Positions 10,067-20,196 of a stretch of 64,000 nucleotides of DNA are shown one piece after another. The stretch spans positions 2,840 through 66,839 of the forward strand of contig DASPWT010000198.1 in assembly GCA_035637655.1 (NCBI GenBank), in the 5' to 3' direction. Each line of letters opens with the position of its first letter. Positions within the stretch are counted from its first letter, which is position 1. Made by a program: the position numbers and the translations under genes. The stretch comes from Burkholderiales bacterium (GTDB lineage: Bacteria; Pseudomonadota; Gammaproteobacteria; Burkholderiales; SG8-39). Under the pieces are notes generated by a model. The model saw nothing but the letters and a program-made list of their open reading frames with translations. It had not been told where the DNA came from and did no database searches.

Positions 10067-10362
10067 TGACCCTCCGGGAAAACCGTTCTACTTTACCAGA
10101 TGCGTATGAGGCTACTTTCTTCCCCGGAAGGCGTTGCGCATGGAACATCCCGGCAGCGGACGCGGGCCGCGCCGCCTTTGGGCTGCGCCCCCTGGAGCGG
10201 CCCAAAAGCCGCTCAATGCACGGAACCCGCGCAAGGAGCGGCTCCGGCGTGACCTGGCCGAGGGACAGGCCTCCAAACCCGGTTTTTCGCAGCGAGCGGC
10301 CGGTTTCGGCTATATTTCCGGTCTGCGCCAGCGGCTGAGCCATACTTACAAGGGAGGACCCC

Positions 10363-11487
10363 GTGCTTGCCACGCAGATTCGCCAGAAGGATGGCATCTT
10401 CTACTTCGGCAGCGTCCGCGCTCCCGAGCTGCTCGCCAAGGTTCGTTTTATCAGCCGTTTTTACGGCGAAGGCGAGGAGATCGCCCCGGCGCGCGTCTCC
10501 CAGGAAGACGAGATCGCCCAGTTCATCGCTAAAATCGAGCGCAACGACCGCGCCTTCCAGAGAACCTTGTCCCGGGCCAAGGTGCGCCAGCTCAAGAATT
10601 TCTATGAGACGGCGATCACCCAGCCGCCGATCCCCGGAACGGTATTGCTGTTCACCTCCGAGAAGCTGCGCTTCCAGCCGGTCGCGGGCGCGGAGGGCGC
10701 GGGCCATCTGTCCGAGCCGCAGGCGAAATTCCTCATCATCGACGGCCAGCACCGGCTCGCCGCGCTGCGCTTCTATCTGGACGAACACCCGGACGATGCC
10801 AAGACCATCAATGTGCCGTGCGTGATTTTCGACGGCAGGAGCGAGGACTTTGCCACCGAGATGTTCGTAATCATCAATTCCACACCGACGCGCATCAACA
10901 AGAGCCACCTGATCGACTTGTACGAGCGCGTGTCTTGGGCCGAACCCCACCGCAAGTTCGCCTCGCGCGTGGTCGGCAGCCTCTACAGCGAGGGCGACAG
11001 TCCGCTGCGTTATCGCATCAATCGCCTCGGCGGGCGCAGCGCGCAGGACAAGTGGATCCTCCAGGCGGAACTGTTCAACGAGCTGCACCGCTGGGTCAAC
11101 CGCGACTGGCGCAAGATCCAGCTGGCCGGGGGGAGCCGTACCCAGGTGCCGAACTATTACGGCATGGTGCGCGACTTTTTCAAGGCGGCCGAGCGCGTCT
11201 GGGGCGAGGCCTGGGGCCACGACAACTACATGGTCACTAGGCCAGTGACTCTTAAGGCGATGCTGCGGGTGTGCGCCGACCTCGCACGCGAGGACGCCGA
11301 GCCTGCCGAGGGTCGCGTCAAGCGCTGGGAAGAGCGGCTTGCCTCTTGGCGCGATCAGGTGAAGGCGTTCAAGTCGGAGGGCTTCTACGAGCGCTTCGCC
11401 GCAAAGGGCGAAGTCGAGCGTGTGAGCCGCGTGCACCGCGAGCTTGCGCGCGCCGCCGGAATCGAGGCTCGCGGGGCCAAATTCTAG
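10363..11487 (+). CDS. DGQHR-domain protein (DndB-like, ParB/Srx-type fold); orphan
   Basis: 374 aa. The literal DGQHR motif is at nt 10741-10755 ([11 protein letters not shown]) and the upstream FQR motif at nt 10555-10563. The start is GTG, preceded by GGGAGGA. The antisense 407-aa ORF has no recognisable motifs. Confidence 0.8.
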   Translation: MLATQIRQKDGIFYFGSVRAPELLAKVRFISRFYGEGEEIAPARVSQEDEIAQFIAKIERNDRAFQRTLSRAKVRQLKNFYETAITQPPIPGTVLLFTSEKLRFQPVAGAEGAGHLSEPQAKFLIIDGQHRLAALRFYLDEHPDDAKTINVPCVIFDGRSEDFATEMFVIINSTPTRINKSHLIDLYERVSWAEPHRKFASRVVGSLYSEGDSPLRYRINRLGGRSAQDKWILQAELFNELHRWVNRDWRKIQLAGGSRTQVPNYYGMVRDFFKAAERVWGEAWGHDNYMVTRPVTLKAMLRVCADLAREDAEPAEGRVKRWEERLASWRDQVKAFKSEGFYERFAAKGEVERVSRVHRELARAAGIEARGAKF

Positions 11488-12662
11488 GCCTTGGCGCGCT
11501 GCTCCAGCACCTCGATCGCGGGCAGTTTCTTGCCTTCAAGGAACTCCAGGAAAGCCCCGCCGCCGGTCGAGATGTAGGAAATCCTGTCGGCGACTCCGTA
11601 TTTCGCGATGGCGGCGAGCGTCTCGCCGCCGCCGGCGAGCGAATACGCACCCGATCCGGCAATCGCTTGCGCGATGGCCTTCGTTCCCTGCCCGAATTGA
11701 TCGAACTCGTACACGCCGAGCGGACCGTTCCAGACGATGGTACCCGCCTCGGAAAGCCGCTTTGCGAATGCCGCAGCGGTACGCGGACCGATATCGAGGA
11801 TCATGTCGTCGTCGCCGATTTCGGCCGCAGGCGTGATCACGGCCTTGGCCGCTGCCGAGACTTCTTTCGCGCAGACGACATCCACCGGCAGCGGCACTTC
11901 GCTGCCTTTGTCGCGCAGGCTCGCCGCGATTTTCTTCGCCTCGCCGATGAGGTCCGGTTCGGCCAGAGACTTGCCTACCTTCATGCCAGCCGCGAGCATG
12001 AAAGTATTGGCAATCGCTCCGCCCGGGATCAGCCGGTCGACCTTCTCGGCGAGAGCGCCGAGAACCGCAAGCTTGGTCGAGACTTTCGCTCCGGCGACGA
12101 TCGCCACTAAGGGACGAGCCGGTCGATCGAGCGCCTTGGACAGCGCCTCGATCTCCGCCGCCATCAGCGGCCCGGCGCACGCCACCGGGGCGTACTTCGC
12201 GATGGCGTGAGTGGTCGCTTCGGCGCGGTGCGCAGTGCCGAAGGCGTCGTTGACGTAGACGTCGCATAGCGCAGCCATCTTTTTTGCCAGGACATCGTCG
12301 TCCTTCTTCTCGCCTTTGTTGAAGCGGCAGTTCTCAAGCAATACCCCCCGGCCTGGCTCCACGGTGACCCCCTCCAACCAGTCTCGCTTAAGGGGGACTT
12401 CCTGACCCAGCAGCTGCGATAGGTGCTTTGCAACCGGCGCGAGCGACTCTTTCTCATCGAATCGGCCTTCTGCCGGCCGGCCGAAGTGCGACACGAGCAT
12501 CAGCCGCGCGCGCTGCGCAAGCGCTTCGCGGATCCCCGGTACCGCCGCGCGGATGCGCGTGTCGTCCGAGATCCTACCGTCCTGCATGGGAACGTTGAAG
12601 TCGACGCGGACCAGCACACGCTTGCCGCGCAGATCCACGTCCGACATCCGGAGAACGTGCAT
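11484..12662 (-). CDS. pgk: Phosphoglycerate kinase
   Basis: 392-aa ORF: RVDFNVP...ISDDTRIRA..., FGTAHRA, STGGGA. Confidence 0.95.
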   Translation of the reverse strand: MHVLRMSDVDLRGKRVLVRVDFNVPMQDGRISDDTRIRAAVPGIREALAQRARLMLVSHFGRPAEGRFDEKESLAPVAKHLSQLLGQEVPLKRDWLEGVTVEPGRGVLLENCRFNKGEKKDDDVLAKKMAALCDVYVNDAFGTAHRAEATTHAIAKYAPVACAGPLMAAEIEALSKALDRPARPLVAIVAGAKVSTKLAVLGALAEKVDRLIPGGAIANTFMLAAGMKVGKSLAEPDLIGEAKKIAASLRDKGSEVPLPVDVVCAKEVSAAAKAVITPAAEIGDDDMILDIGPRTAAAFAKRLSEAGTIVWNGPLGVYEFDQFGQGTKAIAQAIAGSGAYSLAGGGETLAAIAKYGVADRISYISTGGGAFLEFLEGKKLPAIEVLEQRAKA

Positions 12663-12665
12663 GAG

Positions 12666-13679
12666 CTACTTTGCGTTCATCAACGCAACCGTTGCGTCCA
12701 GCATCCGATTGCTGAAGCCCCACTCGTTGTCATACCAGCTCGAGACTTTCACCAGCGTGCCGTTCGACACCCGGGTAAGGGTGGCATCGAACACGCTGCT
12801 CGCGGCGCTGTGGTTGAAATCGGAGGACACGAGCAGCTCGGTGTTGTACTCGAGAATACCCTTCAGATCCGTTTGCGATGCCTGCCTTGCCGCGTCGTTG
12901 ACTTCCTCCACCGTCGTCGGCCTCTTCGCCACGAAGGTCAGGTCCACGATCGACACATTGATAGTCGGCACGCGGAACGCGAACCCGTCGAGCTTACCGT
13001 TGAGGTGCGGCAATACCAAACCGATCGCCGCCGCGGCGCCGGAGCTCGCCGGGATCATGTTGTGTGTCGCCGACCGCGCGCGGCGCAGGTCCTTGTGGTA
13101 GACGTCGGTCAGCACCTGGTCGTTGGTGTAGGCGTGGACCGTAGTCATGAGGCCGGAGACTACGCCGATGCGATCGTCAACCGCCTTAACCAGCGGGGCG
13201 AGACAATTGGTAGTGCACGAGCCGTTCGAAATCACCGTATCGGAGGCCTTCAGCGTCTTGTCGTTGACGCCGATGACTACGGTGCGATCCACATCCTTCT
13301 CGCCCGGCGCCGAGAGAACCACTTTCTTCGCGCCCGCAGCGAGATGCGCCGAGGCCTTCTCCTTGCTCGTAAAGAGCCCCGTGCACTCGAGAACCACGTC
13401 GACCTTGAGGTCCCTCCACGGCAACTCGGCCGGATTGCGCTTCGCGCAGACCTGGATGCGATCGCCGTTCACGATCATCGATTCGCCTTCCACGGCGATC
13501 GTTCCGGGGAATTTTCCGTGCGTGGTGTCGTAGCGCGTCAGATGCGCGTTGGTCTGCGCATTGCCGAGGTCGTTGATCGCGACAAACTGGAGGTCGTGTT
13601 TTTTCGCGCCTTCATAGTGGGCTCGCAGGATGTTGCGGCCGATGCGGCCGTAGCCGTTGATGGCGACTCGAATGGTCAT
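12666..13679 (-). CDS. gap: Glyceraldehyde-3-phosphate dehydrogenase
   Basis: 337-aa ORF: INGYGRIGR, the catalytic [12 protein letters not shown], and WYDNEWGF. Confidence 0.95.
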   Translation of the reverse strand: MTIRVAINGYGRIGRNILRAHYEGAKKHDLQFVAINDLGNAQTNAHLTRYDTTHGKFPGTIAVEGESMIVNGDRIQVCAKRNPAELPWRDLKVDVVLECTGLFTSKEKASAHLAAGAKKVVLSAPGEKDVDRTVVIGVNDKTLKASDTVISNGSCTTNCLAPLVKAVDDRIGVVSGLMTTVHAYTNDQVLTDVYHKDLRRARSATHNMIPASSGAAAAIGLVLPHLNGKLDGFAFRVPTINVSIVDLTFVAKRPTTVEEVNDAARQASQTDLKGILEYNTELLVSSDFNHSAASSVFDATLTRVSNGTLVKVSSWYDNEWGFSNRMLDATVALMNAK

Positions 13680-13702
13680 GCAAGGCTCCTTCGGGTTTTC
13701 CT

Positions 13703-15685
13703 TTACTTCAATACGCTTTTCACGGCCTTCACCACATTGTCCACGGTGAAGCCGAAGTATTCGAATAGTTTCGCGCCGGGGGCCGATTCGCCGTAGCGGT
13801 CGATCCCGACCACCGCACCCTCAAGTCCGACATACTTGCGCCAATACTCACTGACACCGGCTTCGACGGCGACCTTGGGCAAAGTCGGGATCAGCACCAC
13901 GTCCCTGTACATCGGCGGCTGGCGGTCGAACGCCGAGGTGCAGGGGATCGACACGACCCGAACCGAAACGCCCTCCTCGGCAAGTTTTTGCTTCGCGCCT
14001 AGAGCCAGCTGCACTTCCGATCCGGTGGCAAGGATGACAGCCTTGGGTTCCTGCGCGTCCGCGAGAACGTAGCCGCCGCGGCGGATCGCCGAGACCGTAT
14101 GAGCATCGCGTTTTTGAAACGGTACGTTCTGCCGCGTGAACAATAGCGAGGTCGGCCCATCCTTTCGCTCGATCGCGGCCATCCAGGCCACCGCCGCTTC
14201 GACGGAATCGCAAGGTCGCCAGACGTCCATGCCCGGGATCAGGCGCAGGGCTGCGGCGTGCTCGATCGACTGGTGCGTGGGGCCGTCCTCGCCCAGGCCG
14301 ATCGAGTCGTGGGTAAAGACGAAGATCGAGCGGATCCTCATCAGCGCCGCCATGCGCAGCGCGTTTCTGGAGTAGTCCGAGAAGGTGAGGAAGGTGCCGC
14401 CGTAAGGAATGATTCCGCCGTGCAGCGCCAAGCCGTTCATGACCGCGCTCATGCCGAATTCGCGCACGCCGTAATAGATGTAGTTGCCGCCCCCCTCCCG
14501 CCCGATCGGCTTTGACCCCGACCACAGCGTGAGGTTGGAGCCGGTCAGATCGGCCGAGCCACCGACCCACTCGGGCAGCACCGGGGCGAGGCCTTCTATC
14601 GCGTTCTGCGAGGCCTTGCGAGTAGCGATGGATTCTGTCCTGGCAATGATTTTTTCGAGCAGCACCTGGCAGTGGGTACTCCAGTTCGCCGGCAGTTCGC
14701 CGGCGACGCGGCGGCGGAACTCGCGCGCAAGTTCCGGTTGTGCTTTCTCGTACGCGGCGAACTTGTCATTCCAGGCCCGCTCGAGCGCCGCACCGCGCTT
14801 TTTCGCGTCCCAGCCGTCGTAAATGTGCTGAGGGACCTCGAACGGCGGGTAGCGCCAGCCGATCGCCGCGCGCGTCGCCGCGACCTCTTCGGCCCCAAGC
14901 GCTTCCCCGTGCGCCTTTGCCGTCCCGGCGCGCTTGGGGGCCCCCTTGCCGATCACGGTCTTGCAGCAGATGAAGCTGGGTTTGTCCGCTACCGCCTTCG
15001 CGGCTCGGATCGCGCGGTCAACCGATTCGACGTCGTGGCCGTCGACGTTCGAGATTACGTGCCAGCCATAGGCCTCGAAGCGCTTGGGCGTGTCGTCTCG
15101 GAACCAGTCCTTGACCTCGCCGTCAATGGAGATCTTGTTGTCATCGTAAAGGGCGATCAACTTTCCCAGGGCGAGGGCTCCGGCGAGCGAGCAGGCCTCG
15201 TGCGAAATTCCCTCCATCAGGCAGCCGTCACCGACCGACACGTAGGTATGGTGGTCGACGATGTCGAAGTCCGGGCGGTTGAATTCGGCGGCGAGTATGC
15301 GTTCGGCGATCGCCATGCCGACCGAGTTCGCCAAGCCCTGCCCCAAGGGACCCGTGGTCGTCTCAACGCCGGGAGTGACGCCGAGTTCGGGATGACCTGG
15401 CGTCTTCGAATGCAGCTGGCGGAAGCGTTTGAGCTCGTCCATCGGCAGGTCGTAGCCGGTGAGATGCAGGAGCGCGTACAGCAGCATCGAGCCGTGGCCG
15501 TTGGAGAGCACGAAACGATCGCGGTCTGGCCACTTCGGGTTTGCCGGGTTGTGCCGCAGGTGCCGCCCCCACAGCGCGAGCGCGATTTCGGCCATTCCCA
15601 TGGGCATTCCAGGGTGACCGGAGTTCGCCACCTGCACGGCGTCCATGGCCAACGCACGGATCGCGTTGGTCAGGTCCTGGCTCAT
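13703..15685 (-). CDS. tkt: Transketolase
   Basis: 660-aa ORF: [34 protein letters not shown]. Confidence 0.95.
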   Translation of the reverse strand: MSQDLTNAIRALAMDAVQVANSGHPGMPMGMAEIALALWGRHLRHNPANPKWPDRDRFVLSNGHGSMLLYALLHLTGYDLPMDELKRFRQLHSKTPGHPELGVTPGVETTTGPLGQGLANSVGMAIAERILAAEFNRPDFDIVDHHTYVSVGDGCLMEGISHEACSLAGALALGKLIALYDDNKISIDGEVKDWFRDDTPKRFEAYGWHVISNVDGHDVESVDRAIRAAKAVADKPSFICCKTVIGKGAPKRAGTAKAHGEALGAEEVAATRAAIGWRYPPFEVPQHIYDGWDAKKRGAALERAWNDKFAAYEKAQPELAREFRRRVAGELPANWSTHCQVLLEKIIARTESIATRKASQNAIEGLAPVLPEWVGGSADLTGSNLTLWSGSKPIGREGGGNYIYYGVREFGMSAVMNGLALHGGIIPYGGTFLTFSDYSRNALRMAALMRIRSIFVFTHDSIGLGEDGPTHQSIEHAAALRLIPGMDVWRPCDSVEAAVAWMAAIERKDGPTSLLFTRQNVPFQKRDAHTVSAIRRGGYVLADAQEPKAVILATGSEVQLALGAKQKLAEEGVSVRVVSIPCTSAFDRQPPMYRDVVLIPTLPKVAVEAGVSEYWRKYVGLEGAVVGIDRYGESAPGAKLFEYFGFTVDNVVKAVKSVLK

Positions 15686-15775
15686 TTACTCGGAAAATTC
15701 AGGAGGGTAGGTGGAAACCTTATAATTATCGGCGAATCTCGCTCGCTTGGCGAGAAAAACCGCAACGGAGGAGCA

Positions 15776-16648
15776 GTGAGCAAACTCGCATTCATCGGGC
15801 TCGGCGTGATGGGCTTTCCCATGGCCGGACATCTCGTGACCAGAGGCGGCCACGAGCTCACTGTGTACAACCGCAGCCGCGCCAAGGCCGAAGCCTGGCT
15901 AGGCAGGCACAAGGGACGCCTCGCGGACACTCCGGCCAAGGCGGCCGAAGCGGCGGACATCGTGTTCTCCTGCGTCGGCGACGATCCGGACTTGCGCGAA
16001 GTCACGCTGGGGCCGAACGGCGCTTTTCAGAAGATGGGCAAGGGCGCCGTCTTCGTCGACCATACGACCGCCTCGGCGAAAGTGGCGCGGGAGCTCTCCT
16101 CCGAGGCAAAAAAGCGCGGTTTCGATTTCCTCGATGCGCCGGTATCGGGAGGTCAGGCCGGCGCCGAAAACGGACAGCTCACCGTCATGGTGGGGGGCGA
16201 CGCCGCTGCTTTCGAGCGGGCGAAACCAGCCATCGCGCATTTCGCCAAGGCGGTGACGCTGATGGGGGGCTCGGGCGCCGGCCAACTCACCAAGATGGTC
16301 AACCAGATCTGCATCGCAGGCCTTGTTGAGGCCCTAGCGGAAGGTCTCAATTTCGCCATCAAAGCCGGGCTTGACGCCAAGCTCGTTCTAGACGTTATCT
16401 CCAAAGGCGCTGCGCAGTCCTGGCAGATGGAGAACCGCGGCAAGACCATGGTCGACGATAAGTTCGATTTCGGCTTCGCAGTGGACTGGATGAGAAAGGA
16501 CTTGCGCATCTGCTCCGAGACGGCACGGGAGATTGGCGCTCAGCTCCCCGTCACCCAGATGATCGCCGGCTTCTACGACGAAGTATCGAAGATGGGCGGC
16601 GGCCGCTGGGATACCTCCAGCCTGATCCGGCGCCTGCGCCGCACCTGA
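15776..16648 (+). CDS. NAD(P)-dependent beta-hydroxyacid dehydrogenase family oxidoreductase (3-hydroxyisobutyrate/2-hydroxy-3-oxopropionate reductase-like)
   Basis: 290 aa from the GTG at 15776, preceded by GGAGGAG. Motifs are FIGLGVMGFPMAGHL and DAPVSGG. The long track ORF (14672..) is an upstream artefact antisense to tkt. Confidence 0.82.
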   Translation: MSKLAFIGLGVMGFPMAGHLVTRGGHELTVYNRSRAKAEAWLGRHKGRLADTPAKAAEAADIVFSCVGDDPDLREVTLGPNGAFQKMGKGAVFVDHTTASAKVARELSSEAKKRGFDFLDAPVSGGQAGAENGQLTVMVGGDAAAFERAKPAIAHFAKAVTLMGGSGAGQLTKMVNQICIAGLVEALAEGLNFAIKAGLDAKLVLDVISKGAAQSWQMENRGKTMVDDKFDFGFAVDWMRKDLRICSETAREIGAQLPVTQMIAGFYDEVSKMGGGRWDTSSLIRRLRRT

Positions 16649-16674
16649 CCGCGTTTGCGGGGCCGAGCCCCGTC

Positions 16675-17529
16675 ATGCGCATGCCCTTTCAATGGCCGGC
16701 CGATTACGTGCCGGGCATCCAGCCCCCGCTCGAGCCGCCTGAACGCTCGCTCTGGTTCGTTTTCCGCGGCGCCGAGCTCCTGGTCGCCGCTGCGCCTGGC
16801 GCGGCCGCACTTCCCCATTGCAATCACCCCAATACTTTGGGTATGATGCCGCAACGAACACAATATCTTGGGGTTCTCGGCGAGCAGCATTGTTTCTCGG
16901 CCGAGCTTGCGGTGGATACCGTAGCGCCGCAAGGCTGGATCTGGCAAGGGCTGCGGGCGCTATTCGGTGCCCTTGATGAGGCGCAGTTTGCGCTCGCCGG
17001 ACGGGCGTTGCAGATCGTCGATTGGGACCGCACGCACCAGTACTGCGGCGCGTGCGGAAGGGCAACGGCGGCGCGCGTAAACGAGCGCAGCCGCGAATGC
17101 CCGGGTTGCGGGCTGGTGGTGTATCCCCGGCTCGCTCCCGCAGTGATGGGGCTGGTGCGGCGCGAAAAAGAGTTGCTTTTGGCGCGAGCGCCACGGTTCC
17201 CCAAGGATATGTATAGCGCTTTGGCCGGATTCGTCGAGCCGGGTGAGACGCTGGAGCAGTGCTTGGAGCGCGAGGTATATGAAGAAGTCGGGATCAAGGT
17301 GAGCAATGTGCGCTACTTCGCCAGTCAGCCTTGGCCGTTCCCGCATTCGCTCATGATCGCGTTCTTCGCCGATTATTGCAGCGGCGAAATCCGCATCGAT
17401 GGCGCGGAAATCGAAGATGCGCGGTGGTTCGACGTGAGAAATCTTGAAAATTTGCCGCGATTGCCTGCTAGAATCAGCATCGCTCGCACACTGATCGATG
17501 CGGCAAAAGGGGAGATGCTTGCATCGTAG
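16675..17529 (+). CDS. nudC: NAD+ diphosphatase (NADH pyrophosphatase), Nudix family with zinc ribbon
   Basis: 284 aa with CGACG...CPGCG (zinc ribbon), the Nudix box GFVEPGETLEQCLEREVYEEVGI, and SQPWPFP. Confidence 0.88.
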   Translation: MRMPFQWPADYVPGIQPPLEPPERSLWFVFRGAELLVAAAPGAAALPHCNHPNTLGMMPQRTQYLGVLGEQHCFSAELAVDTVAPQGWIWQGLRALFGALDEAQFALAGRALQIVDWDRTHQYCGACGRATAARVNERSRECPGCGLVVYPRLAPAVMGLVRREKELLLARAPRFPKDMYSALAGFVEPGETLEQCLEREVYEEVGIKVSNVRYFASQPWPFPHSLMIAFFADYCSGEIRIDGAEIEDARWFDVRNLENLPRLPARISIARTLIDAAKGEMLAS

Positions 17530-17571
17530 TTCGGCATCTCAGTTATTAAACAGAGTGGGGATGTATGCAAA

Positions 17572-18828
17572 TTGGACGGACTGCATGTTGTCGCCAATCT
17601 GTACCGCTGCAGGGGGAACGCACGGTACTTGACTGACGCAGCCGAGCTGCGTCGTTTTTGTCACGACTCCATCAACAGGGCCGGTCTCACGATACTCGGC
17701 GACCTGTTCCACGAGTTCGACGGGGGCGGAGTCACGGGCACGGTGGTGCTGGCGGAGTCGCATCTCGCCGTCCATACCTGGCCGGAGCTCCAGAGCGTCA
17801 CCCTCGACGTCTACGTGTGCAATTACACCCAGGACAACAGCGCCAAGGCGCGCCAGGTCGTCACCGACCTGATGGAGCTTTTTCGCCCTGAGGAGCACGT
17901 CCAGCACGATGTGCCGCGCGACAAGCGCCTCATGTACGAGTCGCTGAACGGGGACTACGGGTTCTTCCTGCGCTCCTCCAAGCTGATCGAGTCCTCGAAG
18001 ACACGCTTCCAGGATCTCGAAATCCACGACACGCCCCAGTTTGGAAAGCTGTTTCGCTTGGACGGCTGCTTCATGACGTCCGAGCGCGAGGAATTTGTCT
18101 ACCACGAGACTCTAATCCACCCGGCGCTCACCGCCCACCCTTCGCCAAAGCGGGCCCTCGTGATCGGCGGCGGCGACGGCGGCGCGGCGGAAGAAGCACT
18201 CAAGCATCCGTCGATCGAGCAGCTCGTCCTGGTCGAGCTGGACGGGAAGGTGGTCGAGATCGCCAAGGAGCACTTCGGCGCAATTCACCGCGGCGTATTC
18301 GACAATCCGAAACTGAAGCTGCTGGTCGAGGACGGGCTGAAGTACCTCGCGGAGACCAAGGAAAGGTTCGATTACATCGCGCTCGATTTGCCCGACCCGA
18401 TCGGCCCCGCGACCGCCCTCTACGAGGAAACGTTCTTCCGCGATTGCAAGCGGGCGCTTGCCGCAGGCGGTGTGCTCACCTTGCACATGGGTTCGCCCTG
18501 GTCGCGCCCCGACCGAGTGAAGATGCTCTATGGGCGGCTGGCTAAAATGTTCAAGATTGCCCGGTCGTATACGATGTTCATCCCCTTGTACGGCTGCCTG
18601 TGGTCGATGTGCGCCTGCTCGGATTCGACAGACGTCGCGGCCGTCAATAGCGGGGAGATCGATATTCGAATCGGCAACCGAGGTCTCAGCCATCTGCAGT
18701 ACTACAACGGCGCCACCCACCAGGCGTTGTTCGCATTGCCGAATTTCGTGCGCGAACTCACTGTGGACGCGGTGCCCAAGCCCAGACTCGTGGCAACGAA
18801 AAAGCGCGCCGCAGTCGGCGCGAAGTAG
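17572..18828 (+). CDS. Fusion protein: pyruvoyl-dependent S-adenosylmethionine decarboxylase (SpeD/SpeH type) plus spermidine synthase (SpeE type)
   Basis: 418 aa. The N-terminal part, VVLAESHLAVHTWPE...DVYVCN, carries the self-cleavage Glu-Ser (Ser codon at 17758-17760). The C-terminal part has FVYHE, VIGGGDGG and LDLPDPIGPA (aminopropyltransferase). TTG at 17572 is the first start codon after the in-frame TAG at 17527. Confidence 0.8.
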   Translation: MDGLHVVANLYRCRGNARYLTDAAELRRFCHDSINRAGLTILGDLFHEFDGGGVTGTVVLAESHLAVHTWPELQSVTLDVYVCNYTQDNSAKARQVVTDLMELFRPEEHVQHDVPRDKRLMYESLNGDYGFFLRSSKLIESSKTRFQDLEIHDTPQFGKLFRLDGCFMTSEREEFVYHETLIHPALTAHPSPKRALVIGGGDGGAAEEALKHPSIEQLVLVELDGKVVEIAKEHFGAIHRGVFDNPKLKLLVEDGLKYLAETKERFDYIALDLPDPIGPATALYEETFFRDCKRALAAGGVLTLHMGSPWSRPDRVKMLYGRLAKMFKIARSYTMFIPLYGCLWSMCACSDSTDVAAVNSGEIDIRIGNRGLSHLQYYNGATHQALFALPNFVRELTVDAVPKPRLVATKKRAAVGAK

Positions 18829-18838
18829 ACCTTAGACT

Positions 18839-20146
18839 TCAGCCGGTTGGCCGGGGGGTGACCGAGGGGGTCGCCCTCTTCGCTTTAACCTCCGACCCGA
18901 GGAAACCGAACGCGGGTTCCGGCTTTCGGCCGCTCACGATATCGGCAAGTGCCCGGCCCGAGCCGCACGCAAGCGTCCATCCGAGCGTACCGTGCCCGGT
19001 GTTGAGAAAGAGGTTGGAGTACTTCGAACGTCCAATGAGCGGCAGATTGCTGGGTGTGGCAGGTCGCAGGCCCGTCCAGAATTTTGCGTGTTCCGCACGC
19101 CCTGCCTTCGGGAACCATTCGAAGCATCGCCTGACGAGGGCCTCACAGCGAAGCTCGTTCATCTCGGTGTCGTAGCCGTTCAACTCGGCGGTACCCGCCA
19201 CGCGCAAGCGTTCGCCCAGCCGCGAAATCACGATCATGCGGGCGTGATCGGTCAGGCTCGTCTTGGGGGCTTCATCACCGGGCTCAAGGGGCAACGTTAT
19301 CGAATAGCCCTTTACCGGATACACCGGAACCGAGACGCCGACCGGCGCGAGCAGGAGCGGACTATAGCTCCCCAGCGCAGTAACATAGGCATCGGCGCGC
19401 AATGATTCCTCGATTCCTTTTTCGTCGTCGATGACCACGCGGTCGATCGCTCCCCGCGCGGCTTCAAGGCGCTTCACGCTCACGTTGAACCGGAAGGTCA
19501 CGCCTTGGGCACCGCAGAGATCGGACAGGGCCCGGGTGAAAAGCTGCGCGTCGCCGCACTCGTCGGAAGCCGCATAGGCGCCGCCCACCAACCGGCCTAC
19601 CGAATGCTCGAGCGCAGGTTCGATCGCAAGGCACTGCCGGGGCGTCCTGATTTCAATGTCCAGGCCGCGAGCTCTGAGCAGCTCGGCCTGTCTCTTCGCG
19701 TGTTCGAATTGACCTCTGTCTTCGTACAGGTGCAGGATGCCCCGCGTATCGAAATCGTAGCGAATGCCGGTATCGCGCCGCAGTTGGTGCAGCTGCTCGC
19801 GGCTGTATAGCGCAAGTGCGAAAGCGGATTCGGTGTTGCGACGGGTCCGACCCGGCAAACATTCATAGAGAAAGCGCAGACCCCAAAGCCATTGGGCGAG
19901 GTCGGCGCGCGGCCGGAAGAGCAGCGGGGCGTCCTCGCGCCCCAACCACTTCAGGATCGTCAGCGGAGCGGTCGGATTGGCCCAAGGCTCGGAGTGGCTG
20001 ACCGAAATCTGTCCCCCGTTGGCAAAGCTCGTCTCGAGCGCAGGTTCGGGCTGGCGATCCACCACCGTCACCTCATGGCCGCTCTGCGCGAGATACCACG
20101 CGCTGGTCGTACCGATGACGCCGGCCCCGAGGACGACCACTCTCAT
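18839..20146 (-). CDS. dadA: D-amino acid dehydrogenase (FAD-dependent)
   Basis: MRVVVLGAGVIGTTSAWYLAQSGHEVTVVDR (FAD fold) with full-length DadA similarity. The ATG at 20146 has GGAGG 6 nt upstream. The track's earlier ATG (20167) would lie inside the terminator T-tract. Confidence 0.85.
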   Translation of the reverse strand: MRVVVLGAGVIGTTSAWYLAQSGHEVTVVDRQPEPALETSFANGGQISVSHSEPWANPTAPLTILKWLGREDAPLLFRPRADLAQWLWGLRFLYECLPGRTRRNTESAFALALYSREQLHQLRRDTGIRYDFDTRGILHLYEDRGQFEHAKRQAELLRARGLDIEIRTPRQCLAIEPALEHSVGRLVGGAYAASDECGDAQLFTRALSDLCGAQGVTFRFNVSVKRLEAARGAIDRVVIDDEKGIEESLRADAYVTALGSYSPLLLAPVGVSVPVYPVKGYSITLPLEPGDEAPKTSLTDHARMIVISRLGERLRVAGTAELNGYDTEMNELRCEALVRRCFEWFPKAGRAEHAKFWTGLRPATPSNLPLIGRSKYSNLFLNTGHGTLGWTLACGSGRALADIVSGRKPEPAFGFLGSEVKAKRATPSVTPRPTG

Positions 20147-20157
20147 GCCTGCCTCCG

Positions 20158-20196
20158 ATAAAAGCAAAAGGGGGAAAGCTTGCGCTTTACCCCCCC
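20158..20196 (-). terminator. Intrinsic terminator downstream of the FAH-family gene
   Basis: The minus strand reads GGGGGTAAAGC-GCAA-GCTTTCCCCC, a roughly 10-bp stem with one bulged A and a tetraloop, followed by TTTTGCTTTT. Confidence 0.7.

Noticed and set aside
7308-10397. Long ORFs 7308..8819(+), 8639..10069(+) and 8790..10397(-) overlapping the Gfo/Idh/MocA and pyk genes
   Set aside because: These are alternative-frame or antisense shadows of well-supported genes. They have no recognisable motifs and a very high Arg/Gly/His content.
10213-11436. 407-aa minus-strand ORF opposite the DGQHR gene
   Set aside because: The plus-strand frame carries the FQR and DGQHR signatures and a strong SD. 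The minus-strand product has no family resemblance.
12423-16648. Long antisense or extended ORFs 12423..13796(+) and the first roughly 1100 nt of 14672..16648(+)
   Set aside because: They are antisense to gap and tkt. Only the last 873 nt of the second ORF (from GTG 15776, with an SD) encode a recognisable dehydrogenase.
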